Source: Flavobacterium sp. (GTDB lineage: Bacteria > Bacteroidota > Bacteroidia > Flavobacteriales > Flavobacteriaceae). From it: DNA of 64,000 nucleotides. The stretch spans positions 3,704 through 67,703 of the forward strand of contig NZ_DASWYK010000243.1 in the NCBI RefSeq assembly GCF_036405015.1. The letters run 5' to 3'. How positions within the stretch are numbered: the stretch's first letter is position 1; each line of letters begins with the position of its first letter. Below the pieces are notes generated by a model. The model was not told where the DNA came from, made no database searches, and saw only the letters and a program-made list of their open reading frames with translations. A program made the translations under genes and the position numbers. Positions 1-9,391 of the stretch are shown here, piece after piece.

Positions 1-1152
1 TGGATTGGCGGGCTATTTAGTAATATTCATATTTCATTTGGTTCTGGAGATTATTATAGTGGTGGAGATTACTACGCTGGGGACTATTTTCTTAGCATAA
101 GCCCTCCTAACGGAGGAGGTGATTATTATTTAGGTCATGGAAATTCTTATTATGGTAATAGTAGTAGTGGTACTAGTTCCAACCCTGTAGTTTTCGTTCC
201 CACTCAGGCACAATCGGAGTATCATCGTATGCAAGTTAGAGATATTGTTAGAAAGTTAGGTACTACAGATTCTATAGTATTATTATGGATGATGGATTAT
301 AATAATATTGAGAATGTTAACAATATATATTATTTTTTAAATAAGTTTGAAAATACACCTGAAACATTAGATTTTTTTAGAGAAGCTGTTTTTGCTCTTA
401 AAGATGGTGGAGGAGTTGATTACGGGTTTAGAATAATTGAAGACAAATCGTTTACAGAAAATCCATGTCTTAGCGGGGTTTATAGTAAACTTGGAGAAGG
501 ATCAAAATTTGATAGTTATTTAAAAAAATTTGATGGAGATTTTTCAGTAGCTAATTTAATGCTGAGTGCGGTTAAGGATTCTAATTATCCAAAAGCAAAT
601 GCAGTAACTTATTCTCCAGTTGATTATTTAATTGAAATAAAATTTAATCCTGAAAATTTACATAGACCAGCATTGGATATTGCAAGAACATTTATTCATG
701 AATTGATTCATGCTGAAATTTACAGAAAATTATTAAGCTGCTCCAGATTGCCTCATGTTAATGTTGGTAAAATGACAGATTCGCAATGGCAGATTTACAT
801 TTATAATTTGAAAAATGATTTTCCAGGTCTTTTTGAGTACTATATGAGGTATAAGTATAATGTTCCTCCCAATCAACAGATTTCAGATCCGCACCACGAA
901 TTAATGGCGCAGCATTATAGACAAATTGTTGTTCAGGTGTTGAAGCAATATGACGGTAATGCCCATTCAGATGAATTTTACAATGCATTAGCCTGGATTG
1001 GGCTTATGGGAGAAGGAGAGTTGCCGATTGATAGCCCGACTGGATTACCGCCAGTTCCTACCGTTGTATGGAAGAATGTGCCTCAATCTCAAAGACTACA
1101 AATTTTGTCTATTTATAAAAACTTTTTAAATACTAATGCGCCATGTCAATAA
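1..1152 (+). CDS. 5'-truncated HExxH zinc-metallopeptidase-like protein with Gly/Tyr/Asp-rich linker (polymorphic-toxin-like)
   Basis: Frame of ORF 229..1152 is open back to base 1 (WIGGLFSNIHISFGSGDYYSGGDYYAGDYF...); contains FIHELIHAEIY (HExxH) and a later HHELMA. Confidence 0.75.
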   Translation, partial: WIGGLFSNIHISFGSGDYYSGGDYYAGDYFLSISPPNGGGDYYLGHGNSYYGNSSSGTSSNPVVFVPTQAQSEYHRMQVRDIVRKLGTTDSIVLLWMMDYNNIENVNNIYYFLNKFENTPETLDFFREAVFALKDGGGVDYGFRIIEDKSFTENPCLSGVYSKLGEGSKFDSYLKKFDGDFSVANLMLSAVKDSNYPKANAVTYSPVDYLIEIKFNPENLHRPALDIARTFIHELIHAEIYRKLLSCSRLPHVNVGKMTDSQWQIYIYNLKNDFPGLFEYYMRYKYNVPPNQQISDPHHELMAQHYRQIVVQVLKQYDGNAHSDEFYNALAWIGLMGEGELPIDSPTGLPPVPTVVWKNVPQSQRLQILSIYKNFLNTNAPCQ

Positions 1153-1595
1153 TCAAGCAAATATTTATTTGTGCTATGATGATATCATCAAATATGATTT
1201 CTTCACAAATTGTAAGCTCCAATAAAAATCGCCCATTTCTTGTGATCTTAGATGACCCTTTGATAGCTCATTATTCGGTGAGTAAAGATACTTCTAGAAT
1301 GTCTATAAGCTTTTATGTAAATGGATATGAATCGAAGCAAAAAAGAGAGAAAGCAATTAAAGCACGTCAAGACGAATGGAATAAACAGAAGAGGAGAGAA
1401 TATGTTAGACTTCCAACCTTTTATGTTAATTATTTTGACACTGAAAAACCAGAAAGAATGTCAAGTTTAGACTGTGATTATCGAAATCTGAATGAGTTAT
1501 TTGAAAATAATACTGAGTTTTTGATATATCTAATAATAAAGCAAGATGACGGAACTTATTTAAAATGGTCACCTGTACTTTTGCCTGAAGAGTAA
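1143..1595 (+). CDS. Hypothetical secreted protein, candidate partner of upstream gene
   Basis: 150 aa, N-terminal signal-like stretch ending SS-Q; overlaps upstream stop by 10 nt. Confidence 0.7.
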   Translation: MSIIKQIFICAMMISSNMISSQIVSSNKNRPFLVILDDPLIAHYSVSKDTSRMSISFYVNGYESKQKREKAIKARQDEWNKQKRREYVRLPTFYVNYFDTEKPERMSSLDCDYRNLNELFENNTEFLIYLIIKQDDGTYLKWSPVLLPEE

Positions 1596-1661
1596 TTAAT
1601 AAGAAAAATATATAGAGGTGAATGATATTTTTCTGAACCTCCAATTAAAATAATTAATAGT

Positions 1662-2072
1662 ATGAAAAGAATTATAATAATAGCACTAATTTGTTTAAGT
1701 TCGTGTATTAGCTATCAAAAATTTGATTACAACAAGGATAATAATAGTTGGATACGTGCATTTCAAGATAATGTGTTTTTATGGAGCTTAAAAGAGAGTG
1801 GCCAGAACGATTCTATTTTTCAAATGGAAAGGAAAAATCTTTACAATTCCTACGGGGTTTTAAGTCTGGATGAAATGAACGAAACGAGAAGACTTGCAAA
1901 GGATTTTGTTAAAACCATTCCAAAGCCACTTATCTGTGAAAATTGTAAGGAGGATGAATATTACTATTTGAAAAATTGTTTGCATTATTATGCTAGTTGT
2001 GAGTTAGAGTTTATTGCAAAAGAAGCTTATAAAAAACATTTGAGCATGCAAACTGAATCTCTTGCAAAGTAA
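1662..2072 (+). CDS. Hypothetical lipoprotein (possible Tai4-like immunity fold)
   Basis: MKRIIIIALICLSSC lipobox; C-terminal KNCLHYYASCELEFIAKEAY. Confidence 0.7.
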   Translation: MKRIIIIALICLSSCISYQKFDYNKDNNSWIRAFQDNVFLWSLKESGQNDSIFQMERKNLYNSYGVLSLDEMNETRRLAKDFVKTIPKPLICENCKEDEYYYLKNCLHYYASCELEFIAKEAYKKHLSMQTESLAK

Positions 2073-2168
2073 ATGGTTTCTCTATTAAAGATACTTTGGA
2101 AACAGAGCAAAACACAGGCTAGAGTTAAGTGAAACTATGTTGCAATAGTGCTTATCTAGTTAAAATTC

Positions 2169-2216
2169 AATCCTTTTACTGTTCTTTCAAGAGAATAGTA
2201 AAGGGATTTTTCTTTT
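2169..2216 (+). terminator. Rho-independent terminator closing the left island
   Basis: aatccttttactgttct-ttcaag-agaatagtaaagggatt hairpin followed by T-rich tract. Confidence 0.7.
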
Positions 2217-2299
2217 GGTTTTATTTTTACGAAATCGTTATAATTTCATCTAAAAATCTTATTTTTATCAAAAATATTCAGCAATAAAGATAGTTTGTT

Positions 2300-3001
2300 A
2301 TGATAACAAAAAAAGTAAATAACGTTCAGGATGCTATAAACGGAATTGAAAGTGGCATGACCATCATGTTTGGAGGTTTCGGATTGTGTGGTATTCCTGA
2401 AAATACAATTGCAGCTTTGGTAAACACATCGATTTCAGATTTAACTTGTATTTCTAACAATGCAGGAGTTGATGATTTTGGTTTAGGATTATTGTTGCAG
2501 AAAAAGCAAATTAAAAAGATGATTTCTTCTTATGTGGGAGAAAACGCAGAATTCGAACGTCAAATGCTTTCAGGAGAATTGGAAGTTGAATTAACGCCAC
2601 AAGGAACTTTGGCAGAACGTTGTCGTGCAGCTCAAGCGGGAATTCCTGCTTTCTTTACACCAGCAGGTTACGGAACCGAAGTTGCCGAAGGAAAAGAAGC
2701 AAGAGAATTTAATGGAAAAATGCACATTATGGAAGAAGCTTTTAAAGCCGATTTTGCAATTGTGAAAGCTTGGAAAGGCGATGAAGCCGGAAATCTGATT
2801 TTTAAAGGAACCGCAAGAAACTTTAATGCGCCAATGGCTGGAGCTGCAACAATCACAATTGCCGAAGTTGAGGAACTGGTTCCTGTTGGAACATTAGACC
2901 CAAATCAGATTCATATTCCGGGAATTATGGTACAGCGAATCTTTCAAGGAGAAAAATTTGAAAAGAGAATCGAGCAACGCACTGTGAGAGTTAGAAATTA
3001 G
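2300..3001 (+). CDS. scoA: 3-oxoacid CoA-transferase subunit A
   Basis: [33 protein letters not shown] motifs. Confidence 0.95.
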   Translation: MITKKVNNVQDAINGIESGMTIMFGGFGLCGIPENTIAALVNTSISDLTCISNNAGVDDFGLGLLLQKKQIKKMISSYVGENAEFERQMLSGELEVELTPQGTLAERCRAAQAGIPAFFTPAGYGTEVAEGKEAREFNGKMHIMEEAFKADFAIVKAWKGDEAGNLIFKGTARNFNAPMAGAATITIAEVEELVPVGTLDPNQIHIPGIMVQRIFQGEKFEKRIEQRTVRVRN

Positions 3002-3022
3002 ATAATTGACACATTTAGAAAT

Positions 3023-3676
3023 ATGTTGACAAAAGAAGATATAGCAAAACGAATTGCAAAAGAAGTAAAAGACCGATATTTCGTAAACCTTGGTATCGGG
3101 ATTCCGACTTTGGTTGCGAATTACGTTCGAGAAGATATAGCAGTTGAATTTCAAAGTGAAAATGGTGTTCTCGGAATGGGACCTTTTCCGTTTGAAGGAG
3201 AAGAAGATGCCGATATTATTAATGCAGGAAAACAAACTATTACTACGCTTCCAGGTGCCAGTTTCTTTGATTCGGCTTTTAGTTTTGGAATGATTCGAAG
3301 CCAAAAAGTAGATTTGACTATTTTGGGAGCAATGGAAGTTTCAGAAAACGGAGATATTGCCAACTGGAAGATTCCAGGAAAAATGGTAAAAGGAATGGGA
3401 GGTGCAATGGATTTGGTAGCTTCTGCCGAAAATATCATCGTAGCCATGATGCATGTGAACAAAGCAGGAGAGTCAAAAATCTTAAAAAGATGCACTTTAC
3501 CATTAACCGGCGTAGGATGCGTTAAAAAGGTTGTAACGGAGCTTGCGGTTCTCGAAGTAACTAAAAAAGGTTTTAAGCTCTTAGAACGAGCGCCAGGTGT
3601 GTCAGTCGAGCACATCATCGCCTCAACCGAAGCTGAATTGATTATTGAAGGCGAAATTCCTGAAATGGCAATTTAG
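3023..3676 (+). CDS. scoB: 3-oxoacid CoA-transferase subunit B
   Basis: VNLGIGIPT, FQSENG (catalytic Glu), KGMGGAMDL. Confidence 0.95.
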   Translation: MLTKEDIAKRIAKEVKDRYFVNLGIGIPTLVANYVREDIAVEFQSENGVLGMGPFPFEGEEDADIINAGKQTITTLPGASFFDSAFSFGMIRSQKVDLTILGAMEVSENGDIANWKIPGKMVKGMGGAMDLVASAENIIVAMMHVNKAGESKILKRCTLPLTGVGCVKKVVTELAVLEVTKKGFKLLERAPGVSVEHIIASTEAELIIEGEIPEMAI

Positions 3677-3685
3677 TTTTTTATT

Positions 3686-3719
3686 AGGTTCAAAGGCTCA
3701 AAGATACAGAGGTTCAAAG
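3686..3719 (+). repeat. 8-nt-period intergenic repeat arm (AGGTTCAA family)
   Basis: aggttcaa aggctcaa agatacag aggttcaa; relatives at 15953-15986 and 61926-61960, reverse orientation at 13543-13577, 48185-48220, 62152-62185. Confidence 0.8.
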
Positions 3720-3848
3720 TTGAAATGCTGTAGTGAGATTTAGATAGAGAGAACTTTCTTAATTGAAGGTTCTCTTTTATTTTAATCAATTTCGAACAGT
3801 TTAAATAGTCTTTTATTTACATTTGCTGTGATTTAAAAAAAGAGACAT

Positions 3849-4283
3849 TTGGAAAAGTTTGAAATCGATATTAAATGGGGAAGTTATTTGTTTGTTACAT
3901 ATACGGCGACTTCAATTGTAATATCACTTTTAATGTTATTAGTTGATTATGATAGATATTTGTACAATGTTCTTGTACTACTTTTTGTCGTTCAATTAAT
4001 ATATTTTACTAGTAAAGCGATATCCGAAAACAAAAAAAATGATTTAAGTAAAGGCTATAGAAAGTTCTTTGTTTGTATTAGGCTTTTATTTTTCTACTAC
4101 CTTCTTACGTCATTTTTGAATGGAAGCGCAATTACAAATACAGGTAGTTGGTACTTGTCTCTATTTACGCCATATAGGGAAAAAGACATTTCAGAATTAA
4201 TAGCTGAGGATGATCCAAATGATAATAGCATCACTCTTAATGAGTTTATGTTGGCATTAAAAAGAAAGTTTGCCAGAGCATAA
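3849..4283 (+). CDS. Hypothetical membrane protein (TTG start)
   Basis: About 3 hydrophobic segments; TACATTTG promoter-like element upstream; terminator downstream. Confidence 0.65.
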   Translation: MEKFEIDIKWGSYLFVTYTATSIVISLLMLLVDYDRYLYNVLVLLFVVQLIYFTSKAISENKKNDLSKGYRKFFVCIRLLFFYYLLTSFLNGSAITNTGSWYLSLFTPYREKDISELIAEDDPNDNSITLNEFMLALKRKFARA

Positions 4284-4297
4284 AGTATGTAAAAAAT

Positions 4298-4327
4298 AAA
4301 AAACCGCCCAATTTAGGCGGTTTTTTT
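4298..4327. terminator. Bidirectional terminator
   Basis: aaaaaaccgcc-caattta-ggcggtttttt between convergent genes. Confidence 0.8.
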
Positions 4328-4334
4328 ATTTTTT

Positions 4335-4412
4335 AAACTTTGCGACTTAGCGTCTTTGCGAAAAAAAAATCTTGCGAACTTAGCGTAAAACTTTGTGTTC
4401 TTTGCGGTTAAA
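4335..4412. repeat. Two CTTTGCG-family repeat arms
   Basis: 4371-4412 matches 7670-7711 at 37/42; 4335-4361 resembles 38156-38184. Confidence 0.85.
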
Positions 4413-4419
4413 TTGCCAA

Positions 4420-4947
4420 TTATAAGTTGAAAGAAGCTCCTAAACTAAAAGTAGCTTGATTATTCAAATGATAAAAAGGATCATTGTTTGAACCATATTT
4501 TGCAATTGGGAATCCGATTTCTGTGAAAACACCAAATCCGTCAGTAAAGAAATAACGACCACCAACGTGACCTCCAAAATTATGTAAACCTAAGCTTAAA
4601 CCAGGGTAAACATCCAATTGTTCTACACCAATTACACTAGATAAGTTAGCGTTGATTCTTGCTTTTGCATCAAAACGGTCACCGAAATCTGGTGTTGCAT
4701 CATTGTAAGCGGCAGTGCTTCCGTGATAGAAACCATTAAAATTATCAACGCCTAATAAATAATTTGCAACAAAACCAAATGAGAAGTTTTCTCCTAAACC
4801 AAAATCAATAGAACCCTGAATTCCAGAACCACCATCTTGTAAATTAGCACCAACATTTACCCTTGTGTCACCTTTACCTGTAAAGGCGCTTTGTGCATTA
4901 ATAAATCCGAATGATACTAAAAACAAGAGTGTAATAACCTTTTTCAT
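4420..4947 (-). CDS. Outer-membrane beta-barrel-like protein (DUF6646-like)
   Basis: Signal peptide MKKVITLLFLVSFGFINA-Q (start 4947), alternating Gly/aromatic strands, terminal LGASFNL. Confidence 0.75.
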   Translation of the reverse strand: MKKVITLLFLVSFGFINAQSAFTGKGDTRVNVGANLQDGGSGIQGSIDFGLGENFSFGFVANYLLGVDNFNGFYHGSTAAYNDATPDFGDRFDAKARINANLSSVIGVEQLDVYPGLSLGLHNFGGHVGGRYFFTDGFGVFTEIGFPIAKYGSNNDPFYHLNNQATFSLGASFNL

Positions 4948-4998
4948 AAATTTTAAAATATTAATTATTTTGAAGAGCAAAAATAAAATTTAAACAAA

Positions 4999-5733
4999 TT
5001 AATTCCTACCCTTTTCATTAAAATACAATTCGTTTAACGGTTCACTTTGCCAGTATTCCTTAGTGTCGACATCCATAATGGTAAGCGGACCTCTAAAGGC
5101 AGCACCTGTATCGACATTCCAAACGCAGGCTTTGTTTACAGGAACCGTTTTTCCTATTCGTGTAACAGGAGTATGTCCGATGTAAACTTCTTTATAAACG
5201 GTAAATCTTTTAGGATAGTGTAAATCGTCTTCCTTTAATTTTGGATCTAATGAAAGAGCTGTTTCCCAAAGTGTTCTGTCCCAATAAAATAGTTTAGAAA
5301 AATATTCCCATTTTACACCATTTAAATTGGTAAATCCAGCATGAACAAACAAACGATTTTGGTCATCAAGGTAATAATCCTGAAGATTTTCCAAGAATTC
5401 GATATGAGCTTTCTTTTTATCAGCCGAAATTTTGGCATAACCTTCAACAGTTGCTTTTCCGCCGTGTTTGTACCACATTTCTTCATCAAAGTCATCATTT
5501 CTCTCTTCTAGCCAGTCTAGTGCCAGCTGATCGTGATTCCCTCTTATGCAGATGCAGTTTTGTTTGCTTTTTAAATCAATCAAATAGTCGATTACTTCAA
5601 CAGACTGACTCCAGCCGTCAACATAATCGCCCAAAAAAATTAGAGTATCTTCTGTGGTAACTTCGGCTCTCTTCATCACTTGTTCAAGTGCAAGTAATCC
5701 GCCATGAATGTCACCTATAACAAATGTTCGCAT
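4999..5733 (-). CDS. Calcineurin-like metallophosphoesterase (Ser/Thr phosphatase family)
   Basis: GDIHG, GDYVD, RGNHD, GHT, DTGA motifs. Confidence 0.92.
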   Translation of the reverse strand: MRTFVIGDIHGGLLALEQVMKRAEVTTEDTLIFLGDYVDGWSQSVEVIDYLIDLKSKQNCICIRGNHDQLALDWLEERNDDFDEEMWYKHGGKATVEGYAKISADKKKAHIEFLENLQDYYLDDQNRLFVHAGFTNLNGVKWEYFSKLFYWDRTLWETALSLDPKLKEDDLHYPKRFTVYKEVYIGHTPVTRIGKTVPVNKACVWNVDTGAAFRGPLTIMDVDTKEYWQSEPLNELYFNEKGRN

Positions 5734-5872
5734 TATTTAATTTTTCGAGTAGAAGAACAAAAATAAAAAGAATTATTGGTTTGCACTCACCTAATTTATA
5801 TTCTTTAAAAATTGATACTATTTATAACTATTTGAAATCCTTTTTTATTGCTTTCCGCTGTAAATTTGTAGC

Positions 5873-6955
5873 ATGTCTGAAACACCAACATATCGCAAAA
5901 TTATTCATATTGATATGGATGCTTTTTATGCATCGGTCGAGCAGATGGATAATCCTGAGCTGCGTGGAAAACCTGTTGCAGTTGGCGGTTCAGAAAATAG
6001 AGGAGTAGTTTCAGCAGCAAGTTACGAGGCAAGAAAATTTGGTGTAAGAAGTGCAATCAGTGGCGTTTTGGCAAAAAAATACTGTCCGCATATTATTTTT
6101 GTTCGTCCAAGATTTGATCGTTATAAAGAGATTTCATCCAAAATTCATAAAATTTTTAATGAATATACCGATTTAGTTGAACCTCTTTCGCTAGATGAAG
6201 CTTATCTGGATGTTACTCATAATAAAAAAGGAAATCCGAGCGCAAGTTTATTGGCGCAGGAAATCAGAATGAGAATTTTTAATGAAGTTGGTTTAACGGC
6301 TTCTGCGGGAATTTCGATTAATAAATTTGTGGCTAAAATTGCCAGTGATTACAATAAACCAAACGGACAGAAAACGGTAAATCCAGATGAAGTAGAAGCT
6401 TTTTTAGAAGATTTGCCTATTCGGAAGTTCTATGGAGTCGGAAAAGTAACTACAGAAAAAATGTATCAGCTTGGCATTTTTACTGGAACAGATCTCAAAA
6501 GTAAATCCTTGGAGTTTTTAGAGAAACATTTCGGAAAATCGGGTATATTTTATTATCATGTAGTACGTGGAATTCATAATAGTGAAGTAAAATCATCCAG
6601 AATTACCAAATCCGTCGCTGCAGAACATACTTTTGACGTCAATCTTTCTTCTGAAATTTTTATGATTGAGCAACTGGAAAAAATTGCAGCTTCTTTAGAA
6701 AAACGACTCGAAAGACATAAACTTTCAGGAAAAACAATAACGCTTAAAATAAAATACAGTGATTTTTCGCAACAAACCAGAAGTAAAACGATTCCTTATT
6801 TCATCTCCGATAAAAAATTGATTATGGAGAATATACAGGAATTATTATATCAGGAAAAAATGAAAGATTCTGTGAGATTGCTTGGTATTTCGTTAAGTAA
6901 TCTTAATAATGAAATTAAAAAAGAAGTAGTGGTTCAGTTAAAATTTACGTTTTGA
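5873..6955 (+). CDS. dinB: DNA polymerase IV
   Basis: HIDMDAFYASVE, SYEARKFGVRSA, SLDEAYLD. Confidence 0.97.
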   Translation: MSETPTYRKIIHIDMDAFYASVEQMDNPELRGKPVAVGGSENRGVVSAASYEARKFGVRSAISGVLAKKYCPHIIFVRPRFDRYKEISSKIHKIFNEYTDLVEPLSLDEAYLDVTHNKKGNPSASLLAQEIRMRIFNEVGLTASAGISINKFVAKIASDYNKPNGQKTVNPDEVEAFLEDLPIRKFYGVGKVTTEKMYQLGIFTGTDLKSKSLEFLEKHFGKSGIFYYHVVRGIHNSEVKSSRITKSVAAEHTFDVNLSSEIFMIEQLEKIAASLEKRLERHKLSGKTITLKIKYSDFSQQTRSKTIPYFISDKKLIMENIQELLYQEKMKDSVRLLGISLSNLNNEIKKEVVVQLKFTF

Positions 6956-7057
6956 TAACATTTTCGATTCTTAAAAGAGTATTAATGATACTTATTGGGA
7001 GGATTTTTCCTCTATCTTTGGATAAAATATTTATTGATCATTTAAATTGTATTTTAC

Positions 7058-7558
7058 ATGAAAAATAAAAATTCCGAAGATTTTTTACAACGAAATACAG
7101 TTCCAATTCTTTCATGGGACTTTCATCATGAATATATGAAAGAACTGAAAGATTTAACCTATGATCTGGAAAGAGTAAGTAAAATTTCAAGTGAGTTTAC
7201 TTGGGATGAAAAAAAACTGAATATCAGTGAGAGAATCAAAGAAGAAGTCGTTTTGATTACGGATTTGGATTTAAAGATTGTTTTCGCGTCAAGCGGAATC
7301 AAAAAAATGACGGGTTACAAAGAAGAAGAGATTCTCGGAAAAACGCCAAAAATGTTTCAGGGGCCTGCAACTTCTAAAAAAGATTTAAGAGAAATTAGAG
7401 CGGCAGTAAAAAAGAAAATTCCTTTTGAAAAAACACTCGAAAACTACCGAAAAAACGGTAAAACTTATAAATGCAAAATTGATGCTTCGCCAGTTTATAA
7501 ATTAAACGGAGAAATATCACATTTTATAGCTTTTGAAAAACAGGATTTGAGCGCTTAG
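7058..7558 (+). CDS. Stand-alone PAS domain protein (LOV-like, lacks photoactive Cys)
   Basis: MTGYKEEEILGKTPKMFQGP...ENYRKNG; no output domain. Confidence 0.85.
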   Translation: MKNKNSEDFLQRNTVPILSWDFHHEYMKELKDLTYDLERVSKISSEFTWDEKKLNISERIKEEVVLITDLDLKIVFASSGIKKMTGYKEEEILGKTPKMFQGPATSKKDLREIRAAVKKKIPFEKTLENYRKNGKTYKCKIDASPVYKLNGEISHFIAFEKQDLSA

Positions 7559-7564
7559 ATTTTG

Positions 7565-7711
7565 TTTAACCGCAAAGAACGCAAGGATTTACGCAAGGCA
7601 CGCTAAGATAAAAAAAGGAAAAACCGTCCAAATAGGACAGTTTTTCCTTTTTTTATAAATAAATTTTTCTTTGCGAACTTTGCGTAAATCCTTGCGTTCT
7701 TTGCGGTTAAA
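7565..7711. repeat. Perfect 32-bp inverted repeat enclosing a bidirectional terminator
   Basis: tttaaccgcaaagaacgcaaggatttacgcaa (7565-7596) is the exact reverse complement of 7680-7711; terminator hairpin about 7610-7654 inside. Confidence 0.95.
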
Positions 7712-7716
7712 GAAAA

Positions 7717-9321
7717 TTACAAATCAGCAAAGAAATCATTTCCTTTATCATCTGTGATAATAAATGCTGGGAAATCTTTAACGGTGATTTTACGAACAGC
7801 TTCCATTCCTAATTCTTCAAAATCAACTACTTCAACTTTTAGAATGTTGTCCTGAGCTAAAATAGCAGCTGGACCTCCGATAGAACCTAAGTAGAATCCG
7901 CCGTATTTGTTGCAGGCATCAGTAACTTGTTTGGTACGGTTTCCTTTTGCCAACATAATCATACTTCCGCCATTTTTCTGGAATTCATCTACATAAACGT
8001 CCATACGTCCAGCAGTTGTTGGTCCGAAACTTCCTGAAGCCATTCCGTCTGGAGTTTTTGCTGGACCAGCATAATAAACTGGGTGATTTTTAAAATATTC
8101 CGGCATTGGTTTTCCAGCGTCTAACAATTCTTTGATTTTTGCGTGAGCAATATCACGAGCAACAATCACAGTTCCGTTAAGTTTTAAACGTGTTTTAACT
8201 GGATATTGAGATAATTTTGCTAAAATATCTGCCATTGGTTGATCTAAATCAATCTCTACAGGGGCTTCTAAATGTGGAGCTGTTTCTGGTAAAAATTGTT
8301 TCGGATTTACTTCTAATTGCTCTACGAAGATTCCGTCTTTCGTAATTTTTCCTTTGATATTTCTATCAGCAGAACAAGAAACACCTAATCCAACCGGACA
8401 AGAAGCCGCGTGACGAGGCAAACGGATTACACGAACGTCGTGCGTGAAATATTTTCCTCCAAATTGTGCTCCAATGGCACTTTCTTGACAGATTTTTTGA
8501 ACTCTTTCTTCCCATTCAAAATCACGGAAAGCCTGACCAGACATGTTTCCAGTAGTTGGAAGATGATCATAATATCCTGCGGATGCTTTTTTTACAGCGC
8601 TTAAGTTGGCTTCTGCAGAAGTTCCGCCAATTACCAAAGCTAAGTGATATGGAGGACAAGCAGAAGTTCCTAAATCTTTGATTTTATTGCGAATGAATTC
8701 ATCTAAAGACTTTTCGTTCAACAAAGATTTTGTCTGTTGGTATAAATAAGTTTTGTTTGCAGATCCTCCGCCTTTTGCCATAAACAAAAAGTCGTAAGAA
8801 GTTCCTTTTTTAGCATAAATATCAATTTGTGCCGGAAGATTTGATCCTGAATTTTTCTCTTCAAACATCGAAATCGGAACAATCTGCGAATAACGTAGGT
8901 TTCTTTTTTGATAAGTATTAAAAATTCCACGGCTTAACCATTCTGCATCATCAACACCCGTAAAAATGCTTTCGCCTTTTTTTGCCATTACAATCGCTGT
9001 TCCAGTATCCTGACAGCTTGGTAACTGACCTTCGGCAGCAACAGAAGCATTTTGAAGTAAATTGTAAGCTACGAAACGATCATTATCTGTGGCTTCTGGA
9101 TCATCAAGGATTTTTCTAAGTTTTTGCAAATGAGTCGTTCTTAGCATAAACGAAACATCTGTTAATGCCTCTTCTGCTAGTAATTCTAAACCTTTTGGAT
9201 CAACAGTTAAAACTTCGCGTTCTCCAAATTGTTCCACTTTCACAAAATCTGAGGTGATTTTGCGGTACTGCGTATCATCCTTTAAGATCGGATAAGGATC
9301 TTGGTATATAAAATCAATCAT
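7717..9321 (-). CDS. fumA: Class I (Fe-S) fumarate hydratase
   Basis: [30 protein letters not shown]. Confidence 0.95.
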   Translation of the reverse strand: MIDFIYQDPYPILKDDTQYRKITSDFVKVEQFGEREVLTVDPKGLELLAEEALTDVSFMLRTTHLQKLRKILDDPEATDNDRFVAYNLLQNASVAAEGQLPSCQDTGTAIVMAKKGESIFTGVDDAEWLSRGIFNTYQKRNLRYSQIVPISMFEEKNSGSNLPAQIDIYAKKGTSYDFLFMAKGGGSANKTYLYQQTKSLLNEKSLDEFIRNKIKDLGTSACPPYHLALVIGGTSAEANLSAVKKASAGYYDHLPTTGNMSGQAFRDFEWEERVQKICQESAIGAQFGGKYFTHDVRVIRLPRHAASCPVGLGVSCSADRNIKGKITKDGIFVEQLEVNPKQFLPETAPHLEAPVEIDLDQPMADILAKLSQYPVKTRLKLNGTVIVARDIAHAKIKELLDAGKPMPEYFKNHPVYYAGPAKTPDGMASGSFGPTTAGRMDVYVDEFQKNGGSMIMLAKGNRTKQVTDACNKYGGFYLGSIGGPAAILAQDNILKVEVVDFEELGMEAVRKITVKDFPAFIITDDKGNDFFADL

Positions 9322-9391
9322 TGCTTTGTTTTTTCACAAAGTTAGAAAGAATTTATTTTAGAAAGAGTTTGAATAAGGGTTCTGCAGCAGT

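Noticed and set aside
2119-2162. Imperfect hairpin at island end as an integron attC site
   Set aside because: Lacks RYYYAAC/GTTRRRY core sites; no integrase or array
5740-5872. SOS operator upstream of dinB
   Set aside because: No GGA-N5-TCC or CTGT-N8-ACAG palindrome visible
9350-9376. Fur-box-like sequence upstream of fumarase
   Set aside because: Only about 13/19 match in very AT-rich DNA; not distinguishable from chance
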